From Neophaeotheca triangularis (lineage: Eukaryota): 64,000 nt of DNA. The position numbers were made by a program, and so were the translations under genes. Numbering within the stretch: position 1 is the stretch's first letter; each line of letters begins with the position of its first letter. Below are positions 34,984-47,300 of this stretch, in pieces. Below the pieces are notes generated by a model. The model ran no database searches. It was not told where the DNA came from and worked only from the letters and a program-made list of their open reading frames with translations. Where the stretch lies: contig BAAIJX010000013.1 of the NCBI GenBank assembly GCA_054600435.1, positions 1 to 64,000 on the forward strand, written 5' to 3'.

Positions 34984-37900
34984 CTAGTCGAGCGTGATGA
35001 CATCGGTCTGCTGCTGCTGCTGCTGAGTTGGATTCTTCTTCGCGCCTTGCGGGGCCTGGGTCTTCGAGGGCTCTGGTTTGGGTTTCTGTCCTTGTTGTTG
35101 TGGACGCGGTTGTGTCTGTTGTTGCTGGTGCTGAGAAGGAGGCGCCTGTTGTTTCTGGCTTTTGGGTGCGTCAGTTTTCCCGGGAGCAGGTTTCGGACCC
35201 ACGGCGGTTCCGTCGCTGGCATTGGTCTCCGCCGGGCCTGGGACGCCGTTGAATTGCTTCACCAGTCCGTCGAGCCGCTCCAGTACAGCGCACACGCTGC
35301 GAGTATCGGCTACCGCGCTCTTGCCTATGCCTGTCCAGCCCTCGCCGCGCTCGCTCCAGAGAGCATCCAGACCTTGTCTTAGACCTTCCGGTATTCGGGT
35401 AGTAGTCGTTAGGGCCTCACCGCTTTTACTGCCACTCCCAGTGTTATTCGAAACCTCTTCATAGATGTGCCACTCGGGTTTTGATCGACTGCCTTCGACG
35501 CGACTGCGCATGCGCATTGTGAATTTGCAGACGGGGAAAGGAGAGATGTATTGTAAGCTGTAGCACGCGATGCCGCGGCAGAAGATTGAGGGTTTGGGGT
35601 CGGTGGCGCTGAGTTTGTCGAGAGCTTGGAGGCAGGAGAGGGTGAAGGAGAGGATGAAGAGGAAAGAGCGGAGGAGGTTGTCCGATGGCGTTCCGTTGAG
35701 GGCTTGTTCAAGCATAGGTTGGATTCTTTGGTGTGGGTTTTTGAGGGATGGATTGAGGACGAGGCGTATCGCGGCTTGTTGCGATGTGGTGGCTTGGGTG
35801 AATGTGAGATTCGCGGAAAGCGGAGGGTTGGCGCTGTACTCGAAGGTCATGTGCGAGAGGTTGAGGGCTGTGAGTTTCCTTTTCTCCATGCCTATGGCTG
35901 TGAGGCAGCCTTCTAGGTCTTCAAGTCTTTGGAGTCGCGCCCGTAGCTGCTCGAGTGCAGGTTCGCCAAAAGCAGCATGGAACCGAAGAGCTACTGCGCC
36001 GTTTGGCCCGATCGAGAGGTTTGAGTCTAAACGCTTCGAGAAGGCATGTTGAACGCGGCAAAGTGCGCCTGGTTTCGCTACGAGGCGTATGGAGTACTGT
36101 ACGCGAGCGGTGTTCCTTTCATGGTCTTGATTGCTGACCATGCCTTGATAGCTGATCCTCATAAGGTCTTCTGCCCAGCTCTTCCACCCTTCATCTTTGG
36201 CGCGTCGCATTAGCACAGGGAACTTAACGAACATAGTGGCGGAAGGCCCTTCGAGGCCACCTTGATTGCTTACGCCAGTCTCTTCGGTCGAGACAGTCGG
36301 TCGTTCTGTTCGGTAGGGTACATTCGACTCGTCTAGCTCTCGTGCTAGTGTCGTCGTAGAGACTTCTGCTTCTGCCAGCCTCTGAAGCTGCAGAAGAGAC
36401 TCTCGCGACACGGAGAATGCCTTTTCGAGGCTCAGAGGATGCGCGCTTTGGACCACCCGTCCCTTTTCCGAGTAGCTGAGACGCACAAAGAAGCATCGTG
36501 TGGTGTTTAGACCAAAGGTGAAGGCCAAAGCCCAAAGGTCGCCCCAGTCCTGGCTGCCAGAGTAAGCACTCCACTGCAAAAAGCCTTCGCCGAAAAAGGT
36601 CTGCGGGCTTTGTTGCCAAGAAAGACCTCTGATCGGCTCCCAACCGGCTAAGGCTGCTTCTTTGCCAAACCGCTCTTGGAGAATCGAACAAAGTAGCGAG
36701 CCGAGTCGCTGGGGTGTACTGTCATCCTGGAGATTGTTGATACGATCTTCGCAACGCTCAGTAAGGGCTGAAGAAGGAGATATAGCAAAGCGACCCGTGA
36801 CCGGTTCAATGTGCACGCAGAGCTCCCGGCGCATGTCTGGAAGGCTCATCAGTAGCGAGCAATCTGCAGGATTTTCCTTTGACTCGGACAGTTCCATCGA
36901 GAGCTGAGAGTTTTCGGGTTTAGACATGCTTTCGGCAATCGATCGCAAAGACCAAGAGCAATGTCTTGCGATGGTCTGCGACATGACGCGCTCGAGATCT
37001 GGCTCGCTCATATCGATGTCTGATAGACCATCGACGACCTCAACGCCTCTTCTGAACCAGCGTAGGGAGATTGCGCTCGTCTGCCGAGCTTTTTCAATGG
37101 CAGTGGCATTCTTGAAGCGGCCGCTCGAAACACCAATTTCTACCCAGCTTTTAGGGCCGTTTAGTTCTGCCCAGTATTGCAGGACCACACTGCGGCGCAT
37201 GTTCTCGACCCGTAGACAGTCGAACCAGTGACTTGCGATCATGGCATGTGCCTGGCTCCGGAGCAGATTGGTCTTGTGAGTGAGGACGAAGTTGTGTAGT
37301 AGATCGTAGCATCCCCCTAGTCCGTTTTCAGCAAGGGCTGCATTCACACGTCCCTCCAGATGGGGTCGGATGTCGTCTGGTAAGCTTCCACCGCTATTCC
37401 TGAACGCGAACCGTAGATCGATAAAGTAGTATGGGCTCGAAGGTTCTTCCTCCGCGATTGAAAGATCCACCTCGAACTCATACTCAACCCTGAACGTCAC
37501 CCTCCCATCTTTAATCGAGAAATCCTGAAAGTGGGGAGGGAGCTCTTCGTACAGGTTGATTCGTGTTGACAGGGCGATGTTCATAGTCCTCAATGTGTCT
37601 AGAAGCTGCTTTGCGCTTAGTGGCTTTGGGGGTATGTATCCAAGGTCTGGTATCCAAGACGCTTTTCCAGTCGACAGAACCTCCATTGCTCCTTCGATGT
37701 TGGGGTTCGGCATCTTCGCAGCAATCATGTTCAGCTTCGCTTGTCCAATGCCCCTTGTAGCTTCCATGTGGGATATATTCTGCTTGTTTTGCCATGCTTT
37801 GATGTCGATCAACCGTGCCATCGAATCTGCTCTCCTGCTCCAGTCTGAAAGAACCAGCGTTTTGACAAAACGCTCTCGCTGATCGCTCGCAAACTCCATG

Positions 37901-38346
37901 AGCTTGCGCTTCTTCTCCAAACTTGCTGCCGTGGTGTCGCGTGCGGGTGTGATGCCGTTCACTTGCTGCGGTTCCTGCCGTACCGGTGTCTCTGCCAGTT
38001 CCCCGACAACCCGGTTGAGGTCCGTGTAACATTGCTGCGCGACTCGCTCCATCATCAACCCGAGCGGTTTGTTGAAAGGTCCTTCTCTCCATGACTGGTC
38101 CAACTGCGGAGGAGCGCCAGAATTGGATAGCGCGCGCACTGCTTCGTGGACGTGACCATTCGTCGCCGACACCCCATTAGACATCAATCCATTGAAGCCA
38201 TGCGCAACCAATCCTTCCCCATTTGGCGCTTCTGCAGCTGCGGACACATCCTCTCCCTGACCGGCTTCTTGCGCCTGGCTCCGATCTTTCTTCAAGTCGG
38301 TCGGATCCTTGACGCGCTGTTGCTCCATACTGATTCTACCCGGCAT
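34984..38346 (-). CDS. MED14: Mediator complex subunit 14 (Rgr1)
   Basis: MPG.. start; MED14 domain KKRKLMEFA..RFVKTLVLSDWS..KMPNPNIEGAMEVLSTG..LGYIPPKPLS; IKDGRVTFRVEYEFEVDLSIAEE; Q-rich tail ending DVITLD. Confidence 0.9.
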   Translation of the reverse strand: MPGRISMEQQRVKDPTDLKKDRSQAQEAGQGEDVSAAAEAPNGEGLVAHGFNGLMSNGVSATNGHVHEAVRALSNSGAPPQLDQSWREGPFNKPLGLMMERVAQQCYTDLNRVVGELAETPVRQEPQQVNGITPARDTTAASLEKKRKLMEFASDQRERFVKTLVLSDWSRRADSMARLIDIKAWQNKQNISHMEATRGIGQAKLNMIAAKMPNPNIEGAMEVLSTGKASWIPDLGYIPPKPLSAKQLLDTLRTMNIALSTRINLYEELPPHFQDFSIKDGRVTFRVEYEFEVDLSIAEEEPSSPYYFIDLRFAFRNSGGSLPDDIRPHLEGRVNAALAENGLGGCYDLLHNFVLTHKTNLLRSQAHAMIASHWFDCLRVENMRRSVVLQYWAELNGPKSWVEIGVSSGRFKNATAIEKARQTSAISLRWFRRGVEVVDGLSDIDMSEPDLERVMSQTIARHCSWSLRSIAESMSKPENSQLSMELSESKENPADCSLLMSLPDMRRELCVHIEPVTGRFAISPSSALTERCEDRINNLQDDSTPQRLGSLLCSILQERFGKEAALAGWEPIRGLSWQQSPQTFFGEGFLQWSAYSGSQDWGDLWALAFTFGLNTTRCFFVRLSYSEKGRVVQSAHPLSLEKAFSVSRESLLQLQRLAEAEVSTTTLARELDESNVPYRTERPTVSTEETGVSNQGGLEGPSATMFVKFPVLMRRAKDEGWKSWAEDLMRISYQGMVSNQDHERNTARVQYSIRLVAKPGALCRVQHAFSKRLDSNLSIGPNGAVALRFHAAFGEPALEQLRARLQRLEDLEGCLTAIGMEKRKLTALNLSHMTFEYSANPPLSANLTFTQATTSQQAAIRLVLNPSLKNPHQRIQPMLEQALNGTPSDNLLRSFLFILSFTLSCLQALDKLSATDPKPSIFCRGIACYSLQYISPFPVCKFTMRMRSRVEGSRSKPEWHIYEEVSNNTGSGSKSGEALTTTTRIPEGLRQGLDALWSERGEGWTGIGKSAVADTRSVCAVLERLDGLVKQFNGVPGPAETNASDGTAVGPKPAPGKTDAPKSQKQQAPPSQHQQQQTQPRPQQQGQKPKPEPSKTQAPQGAKKNPTQQQQQQTDVITLD

Positions 38347-38782
38347 ATCATCAGCATTGCGCTCCTCTATACCGCTGGCACCGCCTTCCACAACGGCGCC
38401 TCCGCTGTGCGAGCCCTTCACACCCTGCCCTTCTGGCTGCTCGTTTGCCGACTGTATCTTGGCAGACAGATCGCATTCAGATCATATCCTATAGTGAGAT
38501 GCTCGAGTCCAATGTGCGCCTGGCTCACGTGTTGAAGTTCTCCTTGAGTGAAAGTATTGTAGGCTGCTCGCTCGTGACGAGTGAAACCGGTGGCTATTGC
38601 CAAGGCTGTAAGTCAATCGGTGGTAGTCCCGGTCCTGGTTTGCGGCGCGGGGAATAATGGGTGTAAGGTAAGGACAGCGTAACCAAGGGGAAAGTAGTAA
38701 TGTTCAACCGGCGGAGTAGCCGAAGATGGGGGTGAGGTAAAGTGGGAAGAGAGGTAGTGGTGGTGGGTGCTGTGGTGGGTGA

Positions 38783-38808
38783 GTGGTGGTGGTGGTGGTG
38801 GTGGTGGT
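38783..38808. repeat. (TGG)n microsatellite in the MED14 upstream region
   Basis: About 8 TGG units. Confidence 0.8.
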
Positions 38809-39496
38809 GTTGACAATGGGTTGTCGGTAGACTGCCTAGGAGGTAGTAAGGTACGGTAGGTAGGTAGTGAGAGAGTGCAGGCGCATGTGGATCGGCAGGT
38901 TGCCCGGTTGCCCGTTGCTTGCCCGCAGCCCGCGACGGTCCCGTCATAAGACGTCCTCCGCTGTCTTGGCACGTGTCAATCAAGCGCCGGGCGCTGCCTT
39001 CTTGCCCGTTTCGTTCGCTTACTAAGCTTGGTCCACCAACACGTGAGAGACAGACTTCTCTTGACACAACCTCAAGTCAATATTAATATCTGCCATTAAG
39101 ACACCGATCAGAACACGCGCATCAAGACATAACCCTGATGCCTCACTACTAAGGTATTATCATCTTACATCCATATCAGGATGAAATGATTCCATCACGC
39201 TTCGAGTGTGAGGCTAGGGGCTGGTCACTAGCGGGCAATCACCCGACGATACACCTCATCTCACAACACCCTGCCCTACCCGACCCTACCCTACCCTACC
39301 CTACCAGTCCTCGTCTTATCAAGACCTGTACATACATAACTCGCTCCTACTATTCACTCACCGTTGAAGGCCGTCTTGTTCCGCGCCAGCAACTTACTCC
39401 TCCAGACTCATCGCAATATGTACTACTGATCCAAGCGAACAAGACAAGACATGCAACCCGAGGCGAAACATAGGCGCCGCCCAGCTGACTGTTCAA

Positions 39497-41682
39497 ATGG
39501 CCAGCGCTATCCGAGCCGAGCCTTCATCATCGCACCTCTCCCTCACTTCTACCACCACATCATCCCCATACTCCTCTCACGGCAACTCAGCAGACGACGA
39601 GCGCTCGACGCCCTCGCTGTTGTCCGCAATGGGCCCTTCCATCGAGGAGCCGAGCGGTGATGGTGGTGACACGGAGCTACTCCCAACTTCCTCTTACGAA
39701 GGCGAGGACACTCGGCCCACTTCGCAAAAGGAACTTCTAGCTTTCTACACCTACTCCTTCGCTGCCGAAGTCTTCGTTGTTTGCGGGCTCGGCGCTTTTA
39801 TTCCCATCACTCTCGAGGAACTTACTAGAGCATCCGCCACTGCAGTCTTGGCCAGTGATCACAGCAAGCCTTGTCAATCGCGGCACCTTGATCTCACGCC
39901 GCCTGGGAATCCTACCTTGCTCTCGACTGGCGATGCAACGACACCGCCACGAGGGCACCAATGTGTTTTCCAGCTACTCGGTGCGGAACTTAACACAGCC
40001 TCTTTTGCCATGTACACTTTCAGCATCTCCGTTTTGTTGCAAGCGCTAGTCGTTGTAACCATGTCGGGAGCTGCTGATCACGGGCGTTATCGCAAGTCTC
40101 TGATGCTGATTTTTGCCGGTATCGGCTCATTAGCTACGATGCTGTTCCTAGTGGTGACTCCCAGTGTATACCTGCTCGGCAGCTTGTGGGCCATAGTAGG
40201 AAATGTATCCTTCGGAGCGAGTTGGGTTTTGTTGAACTCATTTCTTCCCTTGCTGGTTAGACATCACCCTGAAGTGCGACCGACTGAGCCATCTATTAGC
40301 GAAACCATCGGCAGCATCGTTCTACCAATTGAAGAGGTCAGTAAATGGTTTTGTACTGTACTCTAAACCACAGAAGAACGTAACGGGCGGTCAGCAAGTT
40401 CTGCAGCTTTTCGGAGACAGTGCTCACCTCAGGGACTCGCGAAGGGATGGTAGGAACGTTTTGCAGAACCAATTTGCTGACAATGACTAGAGCCACCCTG
40501 AGGCATCACGGCAAATGTCAAACACGTCAGAAGTAGCAACCTTGGTAGACTCGACAGCTTCTCTACTACCAAGACCAGCACGCCATCAGCGCCTCCTATG
40601 TGCTTCCAACTCACTACCATCACCTAGAATGCAGCTATCAACCAAAATATCCTCTTACGGCGTCGGTGTCGGATACGTAGCAGCAGTAATAGTACAAGTC
40701 CTCTCGATAATTATCCTTCAAACCACAGGAGGCTCAACTTTCTCCCTCCGTCTCGTCCTCGCCTTCATCGGCCTCTGGTGGCTCACCTTCACAATCCCCG
40801 CAGCCTTATTGCTCCGCCCCCGCCCCGGCCCGCCAATCCCCCTGGCCAAAAACCAAACTTACCGCACCTGGGCCCAATACCTCACTTACTCTTGGCAAAA
40901 CCTCTACCGCACCATCCTCCGCGCCCGCCGCCTCAAAGACATCCTCCTCTTCCTCGCAGCCTGGTTCCTCGTCTCCGACGCCATAGCCACAGTCTCCGGA
41001 ACCGCAATCCTCTTCGCCAAAACAACTCTAGGCATGCCCTCCTCCGCCCTCGCAATGATAAACGTCATCACAATCCTCAGCGGCATCGGAGGCGCTTTTG
41101 CCTGGAGCAAAATCAGCTACAGCCTGCAGCTCAAACCCTCCCAGACCATACTCGCTTGTATCTGTATCTTTGAGATCATCCCCTTCTACGGGTTACTCGG
41201 CTACATACCAGCGGTTAAGCGGCATGGCTCTTTTGGTCTGCAGCAGCAGTGGGAGATGTACCCGATAGGCGCCGTCTATGGTCTTGTACTTGGCGGGCTG
41301 TCGAGCTATTGCCGCAGTTTGTTTGCCGAGTTGGTGCCGCCGGGCAGCGAAGCGGCATTTTTCGCTCTCTACGCTATTACGGATAAGGGTAGTAGTGTGT
41401 TTGGTCCCGCAGTTGTCGGGGCTATCACGGATGCTACCGGGGATATTCGGCCGGTGAGTTGCTTTTAATTTGTTTCACGGCATGCGATGGCTGACCTTTT
41501 TTGCGGTGCAGGCTTTTTGGTTTCTCGCAGTGCTCATTGGGCTCCCTATCCCTTTAATGTCGCTAGTTGATATCGAGAGGGGGAGGCGGGATGCGGAGGC
41601 TTTGGCTAAGGAGGTTGGAGAGATGTCGGGTCTAAAAGTTGAGAGGAGAGAGTCTTTGCGGCCTTTGCTAGAAGACATGTGA
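39497..41682 (+). CDS. ATG22: Autophagy-related vacuolar MFS efflux protein Atg22; exons 39497-40336, 40491-41453, 41512-41682
   Basis: [70 protein letters not shown] and [17 protein letters not shown]. Introns have CTGAC branch sites. The exact start ATG is uncertain. Confidence 0.9.
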
Positions 41683-42342
41683 CGTGTTTTATTTGTTTGC
41701 CGGCACGATGTTTCAGTGGCGCCTGCTACCGAGTATTGGGACATGCTCAGTTGCCAGATGTCCAGGATTCGTATCTTTGGCCGCAGTACGGGCCGGCTTT
41801 GGGTTGCTTTAAGATGGTCTAGACATCAATGTTGTTAGCCAAGGTGTTGCAACTCAGTAATTGCTCTGTGCCAGAGATTCGATGGCGCCGGCGACGGTCA
41901 GCGAATTTATCGTTGATGCCTTTCCGTGACGAAAAAAGGTGTGTCGAAACGGTGCATCGATCTATGTCAAACTTTTCACGCAGCTATAAGACAATTGTGC
42001 TGTTGGGAGGCGAGTCTAGTGAAGGACGGTGGCCTTGAAGGGCTGTCGTCTCTCAATCACCTCCGCGTCCCTCCCCGGTGCTCCACTCAAGCTTTCCAAC
42101 GTCTGTCTGTCTCTCCACCGCCCCTACGACCACCACAACTACTTATACCTTGATCTACCGTGTCGATAGTTGAGATCTGCAAAACGTTGCGGACTCTAGG
42201 CACGTAACGCTATAATACTCGCTTAAGCCTCGAGGCTCTCCTACTGTATCATCTATGCACTGAACCGAAAGCTCATCCCAAACATAAAGGACGTTACGGA
42301 CTCGAAAGGGAGCGTTTGTCCTTCAAAGCAACTATCTGGACC

Positions 42343-44025
42343 ATGGCATCGAAGAAACCCAACTTTTTAGTGATTGTCGCCGATGACCTAGGCTACAGCG
42401 ATGTGAAACCTTTCGGAGGCGAGATAGACACACCATGTCTCGACGAGCTTGCCAAAGACGGCACTCGCTTGACCAACTTCCACACTGCAAGTGCCTGCTC
42501 GCCCACGCGATCAATGCTCTTCTCGGGAACAGATAATCACATCGCAGGGCTGGGCCAGCTGTCGGAGCATATGGCTCCAAACGTCGACTACAAAAGTCAT
42601 CCAGGGTACGAAGGCTATTTGAACTTTCAAGTCGCGGCCTTGAGTGAGGTACTGCAGGATTCCGGCTACTACTGTGCATTGAGTGGGAAATGGCACTTGG
42701 GGACCACCGTCGAGACTTCACCGCATGCCAGAGGTTTCGATGATAGCTTCACGTTCTTGTCCGGATGCGGCAATCACTTCAACTACGAGCCACAACTCGA
42801 CAAGCCTTCAGATAGCCTGTTCACTCCCATGAACGCCGGCAAGTTCTGGATGGAGAACGACAGGTTCCTCGATCGGAGAAAGGATTTGCCGTCTGATTTC
42901 TACTCTTCAACCACTTTCGCGGATAAGTTGGTGGGCTATCTTTCGAGCAGAAAGCAATCCGCTGAAAACAAAGACAAACCGTTCTTCGCCTATCTACCAT
43001 TCACCGCTCCTCACTGGCCCCTACAGGCTCCCAAAGACGTGATTGAAAAATACAAGGGACGCTACGATGACGGACCATACGCTCTACGAGAAAAACGTCT
43101 ACAAAAGCTCAAGGACCTCGGCCTGATCCCCAAAGACGTCGACGCAGCCCCAATGTCCGGCTACAGAGAAGAACGAGCCTGGAAACACATGACGTCCGAA
43201 GAAAAAGCCGAATCCGCTCGCAAAATGGAAGTCTTTGCCGCCATGGTCGAGTCCATGGACCGCAGCATCGCAACCGTCATCGACCACCTCAAAGAAACAA
43301 ACGAACTCGACAACACCTTCGTCCTCTTCATGTCCGACAACGGCGCCGAAGGCGCTTTCCTCGAAGCCATGCCCATTATGGGCGGCCAGGACTCCGTCAC
43401 TCGCATCATCAACCAGTACTACGACAACTCACTCGACAACATGGGCGCCGCCGACTCCTTCATCTGGTACGGCGCCGAATGGGCGTGCGCAGCCATGGCG
43501 CCATCGCGCGGGTACAAGTGCTGGATCACCGAAGGCGGCATCCGCTGCCCGTGCCTCGTCCGCTACCCACCAGGCATTTCGCAAGATCTGCAAAACACAA
43601 ACTCCTTCGCCACAGTCATGGACATCTTCCCCACCGTCCTCGAACTCGCGGGCGTGGCCCTGCCGGACAAAAAGTTCCGCGGTCGCGACATCGTGCCCCT
43701 TCGCGGTTCCTCATGGTTGCCGCACTTGAGCGGCCGGCAAGCGGAGTTCCACGCCGATCAAAAGCATATTACCGGCTGGGAGCTTGTGGGCTGCAGAGCG
43801 ATTCGGGAGGGTAAGTACAAATTGCTGAGTTTGCCGCCGCCTCGGGGTTCGGGGGAGTGGGAATTGTATGATGTGGAAGCCGATCCGGGGGAGATGACGG
43901 ATCTGGCTGCGTTGGACGAGTTCAAGGGGGTTTTGGAGAGGCTCAAGGAGCACTGGCGGAGGTATTACTTGGAGACGGGGATGTTTAATCCAGAGCAGCG
44001 GTTTGGGTATGCCGAGTTGGAGTGA
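42343..44025 (+). CDS. Cys-type (formylglycine-dependent) arylsulfatase, AtsA-like, intronless, with no evident signal peptide
   Basis: KPNFLVIVADDLG, CSPTRSMLFSG signature, GKWHLG, FTAPHWPLQAP, FMSDNG, EGGIRCP and ELYDVEADPGE. Confidence 0.92.
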   Translation: MASKKPNFLVIVADDLGYSDVKPFGGEIDTPCLDELAKDGTRLTNFHTASACSPTRSMLFSGTDNHIAGLGQLSEHMAPNVDYKSHPGYEGYLNFQVAALSEVLQDSGYYCALSGKWHLGTTVETSPHARGFDDSFTFLSGCGNHFNYEPQLDKPSDSLFTPMNAGKFWMENDRFLDRRKDLPSDFYSSTTFADKLVGYLSSRKQSAENKDKPFFAYLPFTAPHWPLQAPKDVIEKYKGRYDDGPYALREKRLQKLKDLGLIPKDVDAAPMSGYREERAWKHMTSEEKAESARKMEVFAAMVESMDRSIATVIDHLKETNELDNTFVLFMSDNGAEGAFLEAMPIMGGQDSVTRIINQYYDNSLDNMGAADSFIWYGAEWACAAMAPSRGYKCWITEGGIRCPCLVRYPPGISQDLQNTNSFATVMDIFPTVLELAGVALPDKKFRGRDIVPLRGSSWLPHLSGRQAEFHADQKHITGWELVGCRAIREGKYKLLSLPPPRGSGEWELYDVEADPGEMTDLAALDEFKGVLERLKEHWRRYYLETGMFNPEQRFGYAELE

Positions 44026-44338
44026 GGGTGGGGGGGATGCGGGTGTCCTCTGTGTTCCGTGATTGGCCATTTTGGGAGGAGTTTATTAGCTTGAGGGAGG
44101 TGAAGATGGAATTGAGGTCCGGCCCTGCTTGAAGCGAACAAGATTCGCTAGTCACCATCTTACCAGCCCTGGCTTTGTTGGGCACATTCACGTTGTTCAA
44201 GTGCGAAAATGCCGAAATGAAGTGTGAGGGCGATCTTGCCGTGTCTCTAAGCTTTTTGTATAGAAGCGATGGCTAGTACGGACGGAACGATACCCAAATA
44301 CCCAATCCCTCACCGGTACTCTACCCGCTTACAATGGC

Positions 44339-47300
44339 CTACCAATACAACCTCTCCCTAGCAGCCTTCTCCCTAACAACCCTCCCCACAGAGCGGCGAA
44401 CAAACCACCCTCTGGCCAGAACCTGGAACCTCCTGGCTTCATCCTCCAACCCCGCAATCCTAGCCGCCAAAACCCGCCTCCAAGCCCTCTGCACCACTTC
44501 CACAGCCCAGACTTTGCGGTTCCGAGCTTGCACGACTTCGGCAGCCGCGCTCGCCATCCTCATCAAGCTCACGCGTTGCGAGATGGTAATGCGAGCCAGG
44601 CGAGAGCGGTAAGCGCGCTGGACTGTGATGGCGGCGGCGTGGTGTTTGGCTAGTGGGAGGAGGCGGGAGGCTAGGAAGGCGAGGTTCGTGATAGTGGTTG
44701 TACGGCTGGGGATTGTTGGGCGGTGGGTGGCGGATAGTTGGGTGGCGAAGGCGGTGCTGCAGCCGAGGAGGCTGAGGTGGGTTTGGAGTTGAGTTGGCTG
44801 GGGTGTTGAGTCGCTCTGATGGGGGTGCGGAGTCGGGGTAGGGAGGTAGGAGCTGAAAGTTCCGATGATGGCGGCGTAGGCGCGGCCGTTGGCGAAGGCG
44901 CTGGTGAGATTGGGGAGGTCGATGCCTTTGTGATGGCAGTGCGCTGCTGCCCATTCGTGGAGCAGGGCTTCGTCGTGATTTCCGGCCTCGTCTGCCCAAC
45001 ATTCGTTGTGTGAGAGTGCCGACCCCTCCAGCGACGCTTTCGTGCGGTCCAGATCGCGGGACAAGTCTGTCCAGTCGATCAATCGATCCAGCCCCCAGAG
45101 CGAAACCAACGACCACAGCAAGCTCAAAGTTTTCTCGCGATGACCGTCGACGATATCCTCGGGTGCGATGTTCCGAGCGAATGCTTCTTCCTGTCCTCGC
45201 AGCGCCTCGATCGCAATGCTGACGTTATACACCTTCTGCACGCGTCCCGGGCACGGTATCTTGAGGTGCTGCGACAGCTGCTGGCTCATGTCCGACTCGG
45301 ATAGAAGCAAAACATCCACTAGCCCAGCCAACAAGATCCCATCTCTCAGATCAACAGCGATGTTTTCGATGCGGTAGTCCACTTCCTCCAGGGGGTCTTG
45401 GTGTTGAATGAGCTCGTAGTCGTATTGTCGCAGTGTCCTCGTAGGGTCCCCAACGGTAGGGTTCAGGAAAGAGCACAGCGTCTGAAGAACAGCAGCAGAG
45501 CTTTTGTGCGTAGAGTTGCGTTTGAAGAGACACCCTTGCACGAGTCCGGCCGTCTTGGTTTGATCAAGCAGCCAGACTAGCATGTACGTGCGCAGCATCG
45601 TCTTTTGCCAACGAGCGGTGGGCTCGGATATTGTCCCGTCTAAGAGCTCGTTGTCCTCGACTCGCACAAAGAAAGTTTCGAGAAAGCCTGTAAGGTCCCT
45701 TCGGCTGGCGCGGGAATCGAGCAATGCCTGACTGGCTTCCAGTATAGAGGGTTGCTTGCCCGCGCTGTTATTGATCTGTCGACCTACAACTACCTCTGCT
45801 ACGACGGCAAAATGTTCTTCCTTGTAAGAGTCCAGAAGAGTACCAAGGTACCGTCTCCGCAGTCCAAGATCGTGAGTAAGATCTACGGTACTAGCCGATT
45901 CTTTAGGGCGACCAAGCGAACCGCACGCGATTGAGGCTTGCAGGCGTTTGTACATTGTCGTGACCTCTGGCTGGTGGTACTCTGCCATCATCTGAGCTCG
46001 CAGTTCGGTGCCGGCTAGACCAATGTCGTGAGCTGATTTTCGAGACTGGTGGAAGATTTCATTTATGACTTCGGTCAATGCTACTTCCTGGTGGCTGAGC
46101 CAGCTGTCTTCGTAAAGGGCTGGCTGGGAGGCATCTTCGGAGATGACAGGGTACCTGGCCAGCTTCGAGTTTGCAGAAAGGCTGAGTCTCGATTGACGCA
46201 TTGATGCTAACGACTGGGTGTTTCTCCATTGCGCAAAATTCGACCGTGGTGGCGGGCTCGCGGACTTGCGCACACGTTTGCGACTGTTCTGCTGTTGTGA
46301 CTGCCATACTGCTGGTTTTTTTGTCGTTGGCTTTGGTGGGTTGGATGAAGCGTCGTGAGGCTTCAGCTGGGATGATCGAGCCTGCGGTGGTGGCGAGAAA
46401 CTAGCAGCAGCTGGCACTGGGGCTGTGGGTCGTCCTTTCGAAGCTGCAGCACTTGGCCTTGGTCGCTTCAAGTTTGGCTCATGCGCTTTTACGATACGGT
46501 CCGTACCCTTCTCAGAAAGACCCTTACGTCTCAGCGCAGCTTCCTGCACCGGCTTTGGCGGCATATTTTCCTTGCCATCTCCATCACCAGGCCTATCGAT
46601 CGCGGCTTTGTTGATACTGGCATCGCGTCTCTGCTTGAGGGGAACCTTCTGTGCAGGTTGAGCCCTGGACATACGCGGTTTCCGAGCGAGCATGTTTTCC
46701 TGTGGTCGGGCCTGCGGTTTTGGTCCTTGCAGTTCAGGTATTTGGAAAGTGTCGTTGAGAGCTTGAGTGTCTGCGCCATGTCCAGGATGGATGGTCATGA
46801 TAGTCGTGTCGTCGGAGGGAACAAAAATCGTGCGTCTCCTGGCTTCTTTTGCAATAGTTCTGTCTCCGCCCTGTTGCTTTGAGGACTGGCTAGAGTGTTC
46901 GAGCGATGGCTGTTGGGCGACCAGTCTTGCTCTGCTCGGGGCAATTGGTGCAGTGTTCCCAGAATGGTCCACGGACTGCGAAGACTGGCTGATGTTGCCA
47001 GGAGCCGTTGCACCCCCATTCGGCCTCCTAATTCGCTGCGCCGGCTTCCCGAGCAAAGTCCTCCCGGGTCCTTGCTGCTGGCGCTGAGCCGCAGTCTTCA
47101 CGTCCAACTGCTGATCTTCCAACACATCCTCAAAGATAGTGACCGCTGCGTTCCTCCTCTCGTTGCGCGCAAGGCTTTGGCGCCTCCTGGGTCTAGCATT
47201 TCGGAATTCGTTCTGTACAGCGCGAGTGTAGTCGATCGCTCCCGTTTCGGTGTCGTCTGGTAAGATGCTATTCGATGTTATACCATTGTAGGACTCCCAG

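Noticed and set aside
38347..38603. GTG-initiated MED14 extension and a TTG-initiated 61-aa upstream ORF
   Set aside because: Non-ATG starts from a bacterial-style ORF caller. The MPG start at 38346 fits fungal MED14.
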